A stretch of 64,000 nucleotides of DNA, from positions 1 through 64,000 of the IMG/VR virus record IMGVR_UViG_3300043464_002317; one strand, 5' to 3'. Below the pieces are notes generated by a model. The model saw nothing but the letters and a program-made list of their open reading frames with translations, searched no databases and was not told the origin of the DNA. Below are positions 17,689 to 27,529 of the stretch, piece after piece. The stretch comes from a virus. Positions within the stretch are counted from its first letter, which is position 1. Every line of letters starts with the position of its first letter. The position numbers and the translations under genes were made by a program.

Positions 17689-19353
17689 ATGAAATACCTA
17701 GGTCAATTTAACAACGGAAACGTTATCGCTTCTGTAAAAAAAGGTGAAATTAAAGATTTCAACTTTACAGATGCTACACTTTTAACAGAAAGTGGTATGG
17801 CTGGAGACGCTATGAATCTCGGCAATATTCAATTATTAGAAACAGCAGGGCTTATCAAAGTTCCTTTTTTGAAAGAACCATTTAAAAAAGCAGACCATAT
17901 CTATGTAAATGGATACAACGGAAGCTTTAAATATGACATCGAATTTCAAGATGAATTCCCTTGTATAGTTCAAGGAGCAGAGCAAGAAGGTAAACTAGGA
18001 TTAGGAGGAGCTTCTTTCCGTGTTAAACTTTCTCACGCTTATCGTAAAGGTGATATTTTGACTGACGACCCACAAGACGGTTTCCAAATCGTAGTTTCTG
18101 AAGAAGATGACGCTATTATTGACGAAGGAGATGGTTTTAATCACTTGGTAACTGTAGTTGGAGCTGATTCTGACTATGTACCTTCATCTAAACTTGAAAA
18201 AGGAAAGCAAATTATCAAAATCGGTAGCATTTCTGGTGAATTTGACCCTACATTCACTGGAATTGGAAATATCGGAAAAAATAGCAAAGTAACTCTTGAG
18301 TATGTACTTGGTGATATTACTGGTGTAGAAGTAGCTTGGACTGAATATGCAAATGCTCTCGAACTTGGTACTCAAGGTGCTGGTTCAGCAAAAGAAAATT
18401 CTTATCTTACCGAGATGTTGTTGAAACAACAACGTACTATGGACGGTGATTTTCTTGCAGTAATCAAACCAAACTCTAACGGCAAACTAACTACATCAGG
18501 TATTAAAGCTATCGGCTCTATCCTACCTATGCTTGCACAAGCAGAACTTTATAAAATTTTGGCAATGCAATTGATGTTTGCTAAAGGAGGTACTGTTACA
18601 GGTATCAACGGCAAAAAGCGTATCAATGAAGGTATTTATCATCAAATGCGTAGAGGTCACAGATTTACCTATGCAAATGCAGCAGAACTTAGAGATAGAA
18701 TCAAAGCAGCAGCAGATACAATCTTCAGAGGACTTCCAGTAGACCCAATGTTGCGTCAATTGAGATTTAAAGCTGGCTTTATGGCTTACAGTGAAGTAAG
18801 AGAACTATTTAAAACAGAATTTTTGAATAACTCTCCTCATGCTGTAGATGCAGATACTCTTATGCCTCACAAAATTCTATCTGGAAAAGATATGAATAAT
18901 CTAACATTCAGAACATTTGGTATCGAAACAGCATACTTGAATGGAATCGGAAATGTAACTATTGAGCACGACCCATCTTTGGACTTTGATATGGGAGACT
19001 ACCTTGAAAGAGGATTTAACAAAGGTTTCTCTAAACGTTCATGGTCTCTTGCAATCTGGGATGTTACTGACCCAATGTACTCTAACAGAATGGACAAAAA
19101 TGTTCTTCCAGACGGAGTAGATATTGACACTCGTTCTTCAAAAACAAGCAATATGTACCTAGTGCAACCTAAAGGACGCAGCGGTATAGCTTACGGCTCT
19201 GAAAAAGGAAGAGTATATGGTCAAGGGGTAGCTTCTACAAAAGCAACAATGGGAGAAACGTTCTGGGCTTATGGTCAAATAGGTGGATTTATTCCTGATT
19301 TGAGCCGAGTAGTTCTAATCGAAAGACCAGACAATACACCATACTTCGTATAA
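17689..19353 (+). CDS. major capsid protein (crAss-like)
   Basis: 554 aa; position after portal and scaffold; codon use suggesting high expression; followed by a hairpin. Confidence 0.8.
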   Translation: MKYLGQFNNGNVIASVKKGEIKDFNFTDATLLTESGMAGDAMNLGNIQLLETAGLIKVPFLKEPFKKADHIYVNGYNGSFKYDIEFQDEFPCIVQGAEQEGKLGLGGASFRVKLSHAYRKGDILTDDPQDGFQIVVSEEDDAIIDEGDGFNHLVTVVGADSDYVPSSKLEKGKQIIKIGSISGEFDPTFTGIGNIGKNSKVTLEYVLGDITGVEVAWTEYANALELGTQGAGSAKENSYLTEMLLKQQRTMDGDFLAVIKPNSNGKLTTSGIKAIGSILPMLAQAELYKILAMQLMFAKGGTVTGINGKKRINEGIYHQMRRGHRFTYANAAELRDRIKAAADTIFRGLPVDPMLRQLRFKAGFMAYSEVRELFKTEFLNNSPHAVDADTLMPHKILSGKDMNNLTFRTFGIETAYLNGIGNVTIEHDPSLDFDMGDYLERGFNKGFSKRSWSLAIWDVTDPMYSNRMDKNVLPDGVDIDTRSSKTSNMYLVQPKGRSGIAYGSEKGRVYGQGVASTKATMGETFWAYGQIGGFIPDLSRVVLIERPDNTPYFV

Positions 19354-19356
19354 AAC

Positions 19357-19388
19357 TAAATGGGGTGTTGAAATACACACCCCAATTT
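19357..19388 (+). terminator. hairpin after the major capsid gene (terminator/attenuator)
   Basis: TGGGGTGT-TGAAATAC-ACACCCCA followed by only a short T run. Confidence 0.55.
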
Positions 19389-19409
19389 CATAAAACCAAT
19401 CAAAAAAAT

Positions 19410-20297
19410 ATGTATTCAATTAAACCCAATCGCACGTATAGAATCGTAGAAAAAATCAATGCAGCCACACCAGAAGGATTAAAAGCCATAGGTAGAGTAA
19501 AAATGGGTAGCGGATTTTCAGAATTTATAGGTTGTCTTTATGACACCACAAATAATATAAACCGATACGATACAGGTTTAGATAAGACTTCGAGAGAGTT
19601 CTTTGGAAAGAAAAAAGAAGAGGTAGACAAAATCTTAGCAGACCGAGAAGATTTAATCGAATACTTTGAAATGATTAAAAATGGTAGAAGTAATGAAGAA
19701 TTTTTACCATCATTCACGCTTCAAATATCCCACAACACTTTGTTGGATACAAGTAATCCAGATACTTATTTGAAACTATTCTTGGCAATGCGTGGAAATT
19801 TAATATGCCCAGAAACAGAAATAGGTAATCCTAAACACAATGCTTCTAACTATATTCTTGTTGATAGCGATGAACAAAAAGATGTTCGTACCAAAGTTAA
19901 GGAGATGGAAATCGACATTCAAGAATGGTTATTCAAAACTTGGAGCGAAAATAAAGAAGAAGTTCTTGAATACTTGAGATACTCTGAAATATTAGCTTTA
20001 GATACAAAAGTTAATAGTAAAGTAGGAATTGTTCAAGCGGTTGAAATGGCAATTAAAAACTATGACAATCTACTTAAACTTCATACATCAATAAAAACCA
20101 AAACATTTAACGATGTTAAAAGGTTTAATCTTGTCCGAACAATGATAAGAAAAGGTCAAATAAAACGAGTAGGTCAACTTTATACTTACGAAGGTATCGA
20201 GTTAGGTACGGACGCTCACTCAGTAACAGCCTTCTTATTTGCAAAAGCAAACAAACAAGTAGCTGCAAAACTTTTAGAAAAATTTGAAGATGACTAA
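19410..20297 (+). CDS. conserved crAss-like structural protein after the capsid gene (start MYSIKPNR)
   Basis: Synteny; ATG at 19410 with an A-rich leader downstream of the hairpin. Confidence 0.65.
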   Translation: MYSIKPNRTYRIVEKINAATPEGLKAIGRVKMGSGFSEFIGCLYDTTNNINRYDTGLDKTSREFFGKKKEEVDKILADREDLIEYFEMIKNGRSNEEFLPSFTLQISHNTLLDTSNPDTYLKLFLAMRGNLICPETEIGNPKHNASNYILVDSDEQKDVRTKVKEMEIDIQEWLFKTWSENKEEVLEYLRYSEILALDTKVNSKVGIVQAVEMAIKNYDNLLKLHTSIKTKTFNDVKRFNLVRTMIRKGQIKRVGQLYTYEGIELGTDAHSVTAFLFAKANKQVAAKLLEKFEDD

Positions 20298-20971
20298 TGA
20301 AAGTCAATGAGATTTATGAACGTACTGTAATAAAAGCTAACCGTAACAAAGGAACACAAAATGTTTCTATTGATAAATATAGGTGGGTTCTTTCATATAA
20401 TGAAAATCGAATAAAGCGTATAGAATATCTTCTTGATAAAAAAAATGACGATGATGTCAGAGAAATACAAGAAGCGATAAAAAATAATACGGAGCTTATC
20501 AAAGTTCAAACTTTATCAGATAGGGTTCTATTTGAACTTCCTAAAGATTATTTAGATTTATCTTCTGCTTACGCTTATGTAAGCCAAAAAGATTGTAAAA
20601 ATCAAAAAATATACCTCTGGGAATTAAAAGACCAAAACTACGGAGAAATATTTCCCGATAGTTTTAATGAACCTTCTTTAGAATATGAAGAAAGCTTTTT
20701 TACAATACAAGGAGGAAATCTCGTAATCTTTAAAAAAGACGACCTTAAAATAGATAAAGTTTTTATAACTTACTATTTTTACCCACCTTTAGTAGATATT
20801 GAAGGATATATAAAATCCGACAATATTACAAATTCTTCTAATCAAGAAGAAATAATGAGCGACAGATTTATAAATAAAGTCGTTTCAATGGTTGTAGCAG
20901 ACTTTGCAAGAAACAACCAAGATGTCCAAGCAAAAAATCTTAATCAAGATAGAATAGTCACAAACTTTTAA
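20297..20971 (+). CDS. putative head-tail ring/adaptor protein
   Basis: FELPKDYL and ITYYFYP adaptor-like motifs; synteny. Confidence 0.6.
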   Translation: MKVNEIYERTVIKANRNKGTQNVSIDKYRWVLSYNENRIKRIEYLLDKKNDDDVREIQEAIKNNTELIKVQTLSDRVLFELPKDYLDLSSAYAYVSQKDCKNQKIYLWELKDQNYGEIFPDSFNEPSLEYEESFFTIQGGNLVIFKKDDLKIDKVFITYYFYPPLVDIEGYIKSDNITNSSNQEEIMSDRFINKVVSMVVADFARNNQDVQAKNLNQDRIVTNF

Positions 20972-20997
20972 AAAAAAACAAAAAACAAACAAATAAC

Positions 20998-23205
20998 ATG
21001 GGAAGAAGAGGAATCCAAGGTAGTTATAGCGATATTATCGCTCTATTACCTACCGCACCAAAAACAACAGGAGGCAATCTGCAACTTGCAGATGGTCAAA
21101 TCGGTCTTTTTAAAGACGAATCTGGCAATGACGGTTTGCCAGCAGTAAACAACATTACAACAACTCTTAATGCTAAGTACTACTTGGAAGTAGGTACTTC
21201 TATTAAGTCTAATAGCGGTGGTTACACTTCTAAAGGACTACGTTCTGTAGCATTTAAAGCAGAAGATGTATTGGATGTAAAGTTTAGCGAAAGCAAACCA
21301 GCTCAAGTAGCAAAAGTTTACCTTGGTTGGGATGGTCTTAACAGCAATAAATCAATTTCTTTGCAAAAAGGTCAAGTTAGTACAATTACAGTAAGACTTT
21401 CTGGAGAACCTATCGGTCATCTCGGATATTCTGATGGTGTTTTTGAACAAACTTATACAGTATCAGCTCCTTTTGAAGAAGCGTGTGAAGATAATTGCAC
21501 ACCAGCTTCATGCGAAACATTTTTGCTTCCAGTAGTAAATGATATTAAAAATACTTTGCTTAGAAGTGGTGTTAAATTGGAAGATATAATTGATGTTATT
21601 CCAGTTTCTAACTGTCTTCCTGACCAATCACCTACAGGTTCTGTAACTTTCTACACAATCACATTGTGTGATAATGGAGACGATGCAGCTTTAGGTTTAG
21701 TAGAAGGTCAAGTTAATGCTCCAGTGGTAAGAGTTTCTTATGTAGGTAACGTAAGTACTTATCAAGTGTACACTTCAAACGGAGCTCCAGAAGATTTTGT
21801 TTCACCTGCAAAAAGTGTTAAAACGGATTGTGAAGGAGACTGCCCAGACGGATTTGTAGCAGTAGGAGGCGGTTATGCTTATACATTTGCTATTGAAGAC
21901 GATGGTACAAATTTGGCAAGTACACTATTAGATACTATTGTAGAAGTTGCAGATACTGCGACAGCCATTGCAGGAGTAACTGTAGGAGCACCAGCTGCTC
22001 TTAGAGCCGCAGGAACTTATACAATAAACTCAGGATACACTACATCAGGTTCAGGTACTGGAGCTACATTCACTGTAGTGGTTAATGGTTCTGGAGCAGC
22101 AACTGTAACTATTAACAATCACGGAACAGGATTTGCTGTAGCAAATACAATAACAATACCAGATGCACTATTAGGAGCAGGAGGAGCAGTAGCTTTAGTT
22201 CTTACAGTTGCAACTTTAATTACTAATGTTGCTACAGTAACTAAATTAGGTCAAGTATTTGGACAAGGGAAGTACTTAGTTGTATCTTCAAGTCCACTAT
22301 CAACAGCTAGTTTAACAGATTTAACTACAGAAAACCCTACACTCGCATACGAAATTTCAGGATTTTCTGAAAGCATCTGTGTTGAAGAAGAACCAGCTAC
22401 AACAGAATGGGTAGAAGGAGATTCATGTGATACATTCCTTAAATCTTTCTTCATTGATTTGCAAGATACAGAGTGTGGAAATTCTCGTTTGGCAGAACTT
22501 CAAGCCGCTTATCCTGAACTTATGATAAGTGAAGATGAAGAAACAACTCCAACTACATGTCGTAGACGTTATGTGACAAGTGTTGTATCTGAATTTTTGT
22601 GTAGGGATTGCCATACTGATTTATATAAAGTAACAGCTCCTGCTAATTTTGGTGTAATTGCTTGGGAAGAAGTTCCAGCAGCAGCATCAGAAGAAGCGAA
22701 TTGCAAGTGCGGTATCCTTTTCCAAGGAAAAGAATTTAAACAATGCCCACCTAAAGAGCTTGCTCATGAAATTGCAACAAGAGTAGGACAAGTTAAAATC
22801 GAAGTTTCTGGTGGCGAAACTCCTCTTTATCTACCTGTAGGTTACAGAAATTATACAGGAGAACCTTTTGCAGTAACTCATGCTCAAAGACCTTTTGACG
22901 GAACTGGTTGGGGTTTTGAATATATTACAGCAGAAAAAGAAGCTTATAAGAGACTTGTAGGTGTTCCATCTGGAAATTCATACGCAGAACAATGGTTTAA
23001 AGGTACAACTTCTAAACTTGAGCCTTGCGAGCAATACGATACAATCTCTGTTAAAGTTAAAGCTAATAAACATATCAGTTCATTTGCTAACGTAACTTCA
23101 GCTGAACACAGATATATTTACATCGTGCCTAAAGGAACTAAACCTGTATTTCAATCTTTCTTCAACATGGTTGCAGCAGGAAACCCTAACGCTGGAAGTA
23201 TCTAA
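20998..23205 (+). CDS. putative auxiliary capsid/decoration protein, Cys-rich, with a G/A/T-rich inserted domain
   Basis: 735 aa; capsid-like codon use; followed by a strong terminator. Confidence 0.55.
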   Translation: MGRRGIQGSYSDIIALLPTAPKTTGGNLQLADGQIGLFKDESGNDGLPAVNNITTTLNAKYYLEVGTSIKSNSGGYTSKGLRSVAFKAEDVLDVKFSESKPAQVAKVYLGWDGLNSNKSISLQKGQVSTITVRLSGEPIGHLGYSDGVFEQTYTVSAPFEEACEDNCTPASCETFLLPVVNDIKNTLLRSGVKLEDIIDVIPVSNCLPDQSPTGSVTFYTITLCDNGDDAALGLVEGQVNAPVVRVSYVGNVSTYQVYTSNGAPEDFVSPAKSVKTDCEGDCPDGFVAVGGGYAYTFAIEDDGTNLASTLLDTIVEVADTATAIAGVTVGAPAALRAAGTYTINSGYTTSGSGTGATFTVVVNGSGAATVTINNHGTGFAVANTITIPDALLGAGGAVALVLTVATLITNVATVTKLGQVFGQGKYLVVSSSPLSTASLTDLTTENPTLAYEISGFSESICVEEEPATTEWVEGDSCDTFLKSFFIDLQDTECGNSRLAELQAAYPELMISEDEETTPTTCRRRYVTSVVSEFLCRDCHTDLYKVTAPANFGVIAWEEVPAAASEEANCKCGILFQGKEFKQCPPKELAHEIATRVGQVKIEVSGGETPLYLPVGYRNYTGEPFAVTHAQRPFDGTGWGFEYITAEKEAYKRLVGVPSGNSYAEQWFKGTTSKLEPCEQYDTISVKVKANKHISSFANVTSAEHRYIYIVPKGTKPVFQSFFNMVAAGNPNAGSI

Positions 23206-23221
23206 TTAATAACAAATATTT

Positions 23222-23268
23222 AAAGGAGGGGTTTCTGTAATAAAATTACAGACTCCTCCTTTTTTTTT
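23222..23268 (+). terminator. Rho-independent terminator
   Basis: AGGAGGGGTTTCTGTAAT-AAA-ATTACAGACTCCTCCT followed by a T run. Confidence 0.85.
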
Positions 23269-23281
23269 AAAATGTACAGCT

Positions 23282-24385
23282 ATGGCTTGGAATGGTAATT
23301 TAAAAGATAATAAAAAAGTAAAAGATATACTTGGCGAAAAAATTTTTAACAAAGTTGTTAAAATTTTAGACGCTTGTTGTGGAGGAATCTCAAAAGATGG
23401 CAATCCAAATGCTTTTCTTAATCAACAAGGGGAATGGGTAGAAGGAGGTGGAGGCTCTCAAGATTTACAACAAGTTACAGATGTAGGCAATACTACTGAT
23501 AATGATATTCAATTTGATGTAGGAGTTGGGATACTATTAGATAATAGTTCAAGACTAAGAGAGGGGACAATTGATGCAGGTTTAGGAGGGAATAAAGGTA
23601 TTGCACAAATTTGCGGTTTAGGTTATGAATTAAAATGGGAAGCAGGGTCATTGTATGTAATGAATGGTAGTGGTAATGGAATAAGACAATCATTATATAA
23701 TTTTACTACAGTACCAACAATAACAGATGATGATACAAAAGGATATACTGTAGGCTCATTATGGACTTTGGATAATAATGACACTTATGTATGTACTGAC
23801 GCAAGTACAGGTGCTGCTGTTTGGGCATTAAAACCTAGTTCTGGATATATTTATGAAATAGGTCAATATGTTGCAGCAGAAGGCGGTGTAATTGCTCATA
23901 GATGGTTATCTGCATCATCACTTGGTTCACCTACTTCTGGCACTATTCAAAATTATTTGGTTGTAGATACAGCAAATTTATCAACATCAGCTTTATGGGC
24001 TAGTTCAAATGTGAATATATCTAATGTTGAAAGTACTTGGGATGGAACAACTAATACAGCAAATTTAATTGCTGCTGGAGCAGGTGGAGGTATAACAGCA
24101 GGTACAGCAGCAGTTTTATGTAATAATAGCACAAACAATAGTAAATTAGATTGGTATCTTCCAGCTGTTGATGAGTTATCTAAAATATGGCAAAATAGAT
24201 GGGATATATCACAAGGTATAACTACTGCTAGTGGAACACAAATAGGATTTAACTTTTATTGGAGTAGTTCGGAGCTTGACACCACCTACGCTTGGGTTTT
24301 ATCCTTCTACGATGGGGTTGCCTATGACGGCTTCAGTAAGAACGCCACCTACTATGTGCGTGCAGTAAGAAAATTCAGTATTTAA
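23282..24385 (+). CDS. fibre/adhesin with C-terminal DUF1566 (Lcl, C-type lectin fold) domain; DGR target-like
   Basis: DWYLPAVDEL...YWSSSE...AW...K....YVRAVR; shares the N-terminal DACCGG module. Confidence 0.8.
   Translation: MAWNGNLKDNKKVKDILGEKIFNKVVKILDACCGGISKDGNPNAFLNQQGEWVEGGGGSQDLQQVTDVGNTTDNDIQFDVGVGILLDNSSRLREGTIDAGLGGNKGIAQICGLGYELKWEAGSLYVMNGSGNGIRQSLYNFTTVPTITDDDTKGYTVGSLWTLDNNDTYVCTDASTGAAVWALKPSSGYIYEIGQYVAAEGGVIAHRWLSASSLGSPTSGTIQNYLVVDTANLSTSALWASSNVNISNVESTWDGTTNTANLIAAGAGGGITAGTAAVLCNNSTNNSKLDWYLPAVDELSKIWQNRWDISQGITTASGTQIGFNFYWSSSELDTTYAWVLSFYDGVAYDGFSKNATYYVRAVRKFSI
24248..24376 (+). other. DGR variable-region-like segment
   Basis: 17 of 43 codons end in C (GAC ACC ACC TAC, GAC GGC TTC, AAC GCC ACC TAC) in a gene that otherwise uses A/T-ending codons. 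Confidence 0.65.
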
Positions 24386-24409
24386 TATAAATTTTAAAAA
24401 CCAAAAAAT

Positions 24410-24688
24410 ATGACAAACATAGAAAACTTAAAAGAAAACAGAAAAGTAAAAGATATTCTAGGCGAAAAAATCTTTAACAAAGTTGTAAAAATTTTAGATG
24501 CTTGCTGCGGTGGAATCTCAAAAAACGGAGATTCAGCAAAAGTCTTAACACAAACAGGAGAATTTCTTCCTACATCTGACGTATTATTTCTACTACCGTC
24601 ATATGCTGACGATGTAGCAGCTGGCGCAGGTGGTTTAGTTGAAGGACAATTATATAGAACAGCGAGTGTAGTTAAAGTTAAGCTTTAA
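24410..24688 (+). CDS. short structural protein with the DACCGG module
   Basis: N-terminus almost identical to the 23282 gene; C-terminal YADDVAAGAGGLVEGQLYRT. Confidence 0.7.
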   Translation: MTNIENLKENRKVKDILGEKIFNKVVKILDACCGGISKNGDSAKVLTQTGEFLPTSDVLFLLPSYADDVAAGAGGLVEGQLYRTASVVKVKL

Positions 24689-24735
24689 TAATCTTTATAG
24701 ACTAAATTTTAGTCTACACCCATATAAATAAAAAA

Positions 24736-26694
24736 ATGAGCCTCAATCAACAACAACCTGATAAGTTAAGATATTTTTTTGGGAATAACCTCTACTACAA
24801 GTTCAAAAAAGTTTTTGACGCTTGTTGTGGAGGTATCTCCTTTAAAGGAGATGAAAACAAATTTTTAAATCAACAAGGAGATTTTGTTGAAGCGACTGCC
24901 TCAGCTTCTATTGAAGACATTACCTATTTAGAACTATACAATCTTACAATAAATGAAGAATTAACACCTCTTCAATGGTATAGACTTACAGATTATAAAT
25001 CAGTAAATTTTCTTAATGGATGGCAAATAGCTAATGAAAATTCTAATTTTAACAACAATGCTCCAACCGACCCTAATTTTATTCCGAGAGAAGTTTATAC
25101 AGGAGATACAGAAGTTCTTTTACTTCAAGCAATTACAGAATCAGAAATTTCACCAATAGGTTATTCAGAAACTTATCCACAAGATATTATCCAGTATAAT
25201 CCTTTGGTAAATAAAATTGGAGTTGGTTTGTATATAAATAATGGTGCTACATTACCTAATTTATCAGTAGTTTCAGGCTTTGACCTTCAATGGGATGGCA
25301 CTAATGCTTATTTTGAAATGCCAATCGGTTATCCTGCTTTATTTGGACATTATTTTCGTATTTATTTTACTTTAGATAGTGGTAATGTTGTAAACGAGGG
25401 AGTATTTGAACCTTTAAATTCAGGAATAGCTACTTGTCAATTTCCCGAATCAACTGTAGTTACAAGAATTAAAGTAGAAAATGGAGGAACAAAAATTTTA
25501 CTGTTAGATATAACCCAACAGGATGTAAATGATTACGATATAAATACGCTTTTTGTTGAAACAGTAACAGCAATAGAAAACGCTTACGGTTGGATTGAAA
25601 GAAGACAAGATACAGAAAGAAATATAGATGTTCCTTTCGACTTTAGAGGTAGAAAATATCGTAGATTTGAAATAGATATGTCACCTATACACCCTTCATT
25701 TGGAATAGTTTATGCAGGTATTGGTGATGATTATAAAAATTTAGGTACTACTGGAAATTATAAAGACTTTCCATGTTTTAGTGAAACTAACTCAACTTTC
25801 GATATTCAATGGAACGATATGGGGAGTCCTGACTCTTACTATTTTAGAGGGTTAAATGATAATAATGTATTTCAAGGTGTTTTTGTAGCTAATAATTTAC
25901 AATGGACAGTGAGGGATAATACAGGTATTGAAGAAATAACTTTAAATCGCATTGAAAATTTTTTTTCGTTGAATATAATAGTTTCTATGTCATCGAACAA
26001 TATTAAAGATGGTTTTGAATCTAGTGTTATTGGCAATTATTTTTCCAACAATAACGTAAAAAGTGGTTTTTATAATAACGTAATAGTTAGAGATTTTTAT
26101 AATAACAATATAGGGGTAAGCTTTTATGATAACATAACAAGTCAATATTTTATTAATAACACAGTAGGAGATGAGTTTGCTAATAACATTACAGGTGAAT
26201 ATTTTACCCAAAACACTATAGGAAATTATTTTCAAGACAACGAAATAGGTGATAACTTTCAAAGTAATAACATAGGTAATGTATTTGACAATAACAATAC
26301 AGGTAATTACTTTGTTTACAACAACATAGGTAATGATTTTAAAAACAACGAAATAGGTAATAGCTTCTTCAACAATAACACAGGTAATTACTTTGCTAAC
26401 ACCAATGTAGGTAATAGTTTTGGAAACAACTATATAGGTGAGAGCTTTCTTTCTAACAACATAGGTAATGACTTCTTAAACAACAATGTAGGTAATGACT
26501 TCTTAAACAACAATGTAGGTAATGACTTTCGATTAAATACCACAAAAGCATTAGTAAACGGTATAAATTTTACATCTGCTACTCATGTTTATGGTAATTA
26601 CAATTGTGAAATATTTAAAGCAAGTAATTCAATTCTATATTTAAGTTATTTTAATGGTACAGCAGTTGTATACCCAGCATCAATAAACTCATAA
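24736..26694 (+). CDS. fibre/spike protein with Asn-rich 9-aa beta-solenoid repeats
   Basis: DACCGG module plus about 15-20 copies of (I/V)GNxFxNNN. Confidence 0.75.
   Translation: MSLNQQQPDKLRYFFGNNLYYKFKKVFDACCGGISFKGDENKFLNQQGDFVEATASASIEDITYLELYNLTINEELTPLQWYRLTDYKSVNFLNGWQIANENSNFNNNAPTDPNFIPREVYTGDTEVLLLQAITESEISPIGYSETYPQDIIQYNPLVNKIGVGLYINNGATLPNLSVVSGFDLQWDGTNAYFEMPIGYPALFGHYFRIYFTLDSGNVVNEGVFEPLNSGIATCQFPESTVVTRIKVENGGTKILLLDITQQDVNDYDINTLFVETVTAIENAYGWIERRQDTERNIDVPFDFRGRKYRRFEIDMSPIHPSFGIVYAGIGDDYKNLGTTGNYKDFPCFSETNSTFDIQWNDMGSPDSYYFRGLNDNNVFQGVFVANNLQWTVRDNTGIEEITLNRIENFFSLNIIVSMSSNNIKDGFESSVIGNYFSNNNVKSGFYNNVIVRDFYNNNIGVSFYDNITSQYFINNTVGDEFANNITGEYFTQNTIGNYFQDNEIGDNFQSNNIGNVFDNNNTGNYFVYNNIGNDFKNNEIGNSFFNNNTGNYFANTNVGNSFGNNYIGESFLSNNIGNDFLNNNVGNDFLNNNVGNDFRLNTTKALVNGINFTSATHVYGNYNCEIFKASNSILYLSYFNGTAVVYPASINS
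26455..26529 (+). repeat. 27-bp coding tandem repeat
   Basis: GGTAATGACTTCTTAAACAACAATGTA repeated nearly exactly. Confidence 0.8.
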
Positions 26695-26706
26695 AAATTA
26701 ACCAAT

Positions 26707-27051
26707 ATGAAAACATTAGTAGAAAAATCAATTAAAATTACAGGAGTACCAAAGTTTAACGCTAAAACTCTATTTGACTTAAATCAAATACCAATATTAG
26801 CAGAAGATGCAACCGAAGAACAAAAGAAAGAAGTTAAAGAAAAAGAATCTGAAAATAAAAGAATAACTTCTGATAGAGAATTTATCTCTTTAACTATTAT
26901 TTCAGGTAGGAAATTAGTTGTTCAATTTGAGTTTGAAGAGGAAGGTGTTAAAACAAAAGATAAAGTTTTAATCTCAATTCCAAAAACAGACTCAGAAGAA
27001 GAAATAAAAGAATTTATCATAAATGCAATAAACAGCCAAAAAGATAAATAA
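26707..27051 (+). CDS. hypothetical protein
   Basis: 114 aa ORF within the operon. Confidence 0.7.
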   Translation: MKTLVEKSIKITGVPKFNAKTLFDLNQIPILAEDATEEQKKEVKEKESENKRITSDREFISLTIISGRKLVVQFEFEEEGVKTKDKVLISIPKTDSEEEIKEFIINAINSQKDK

Positions 27052-27052
27052 A

Positions 27053-27529
27053 ATGAAAACACCAGCACAAGAAATAACATTTTCTGTTTTGCATATTAAA
27101 TCTTTTCCAGACTTTATATTTAATTTATTTGTGACAATATTTTCATTTTTTTTAGGGTACTTTCAAGTTATTACTGTAGGTAGCTCTAACCTTTTTATGG
27201 CTGTTGCAATTGTTGTTGTTATAGATTTTATTTTTGGCTCACTAAATGCTGTATTAGACCCTAAAAAACATTGGGAAACAAGAAAAGCTTTGAAAATAAT
27301 CTACTATTTATTTACATATTGGCTTATGGTTTTTATGGTTTTAGCTATTGAAAAAGCGCATCCAGCAGCATTTTTTCTCAGCGAAGCTATTATTCTACCT
27401 ATACTAATTTTTCAGACTATCTCAATATTAAAAAATATGTCTTTGTTAGGATTAATACCAAAAGGACTACTTTTAGAAATATTGAAAAATATTGATTCAT
27501 ACAAAACAAAACTTTCACAACAAGAGTGA
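27053..27529 (+). CDS. holin (Phage_holin_4_1-like)
   Basis: Several TM helices, IDFIFG and ISILKNMSLLGLIP pattern. Confidence 0.75.
   Translation: MKTPAQEITFSVLHIKSFPDFIFNLFVTIFSFFLGYFQVITVGSSNLFMAVAIVVVIDFIFGSLNAVLDPKKHWETRKALKIIYYLFTYWLMVFMVLAIEKAHPAAFFLSEAIILPILIFQTISILKNMSLLGLIPKGLLLEILKNIDSYKTKLSQQE

Noticed and set aside
25980-26540. AAC-rich tract as a possible DGR template repeat
   Set aside because: It is in-frame coding sequence with 27-bp periodicity and does not align with the variable-region-like segment at 24248-24376.
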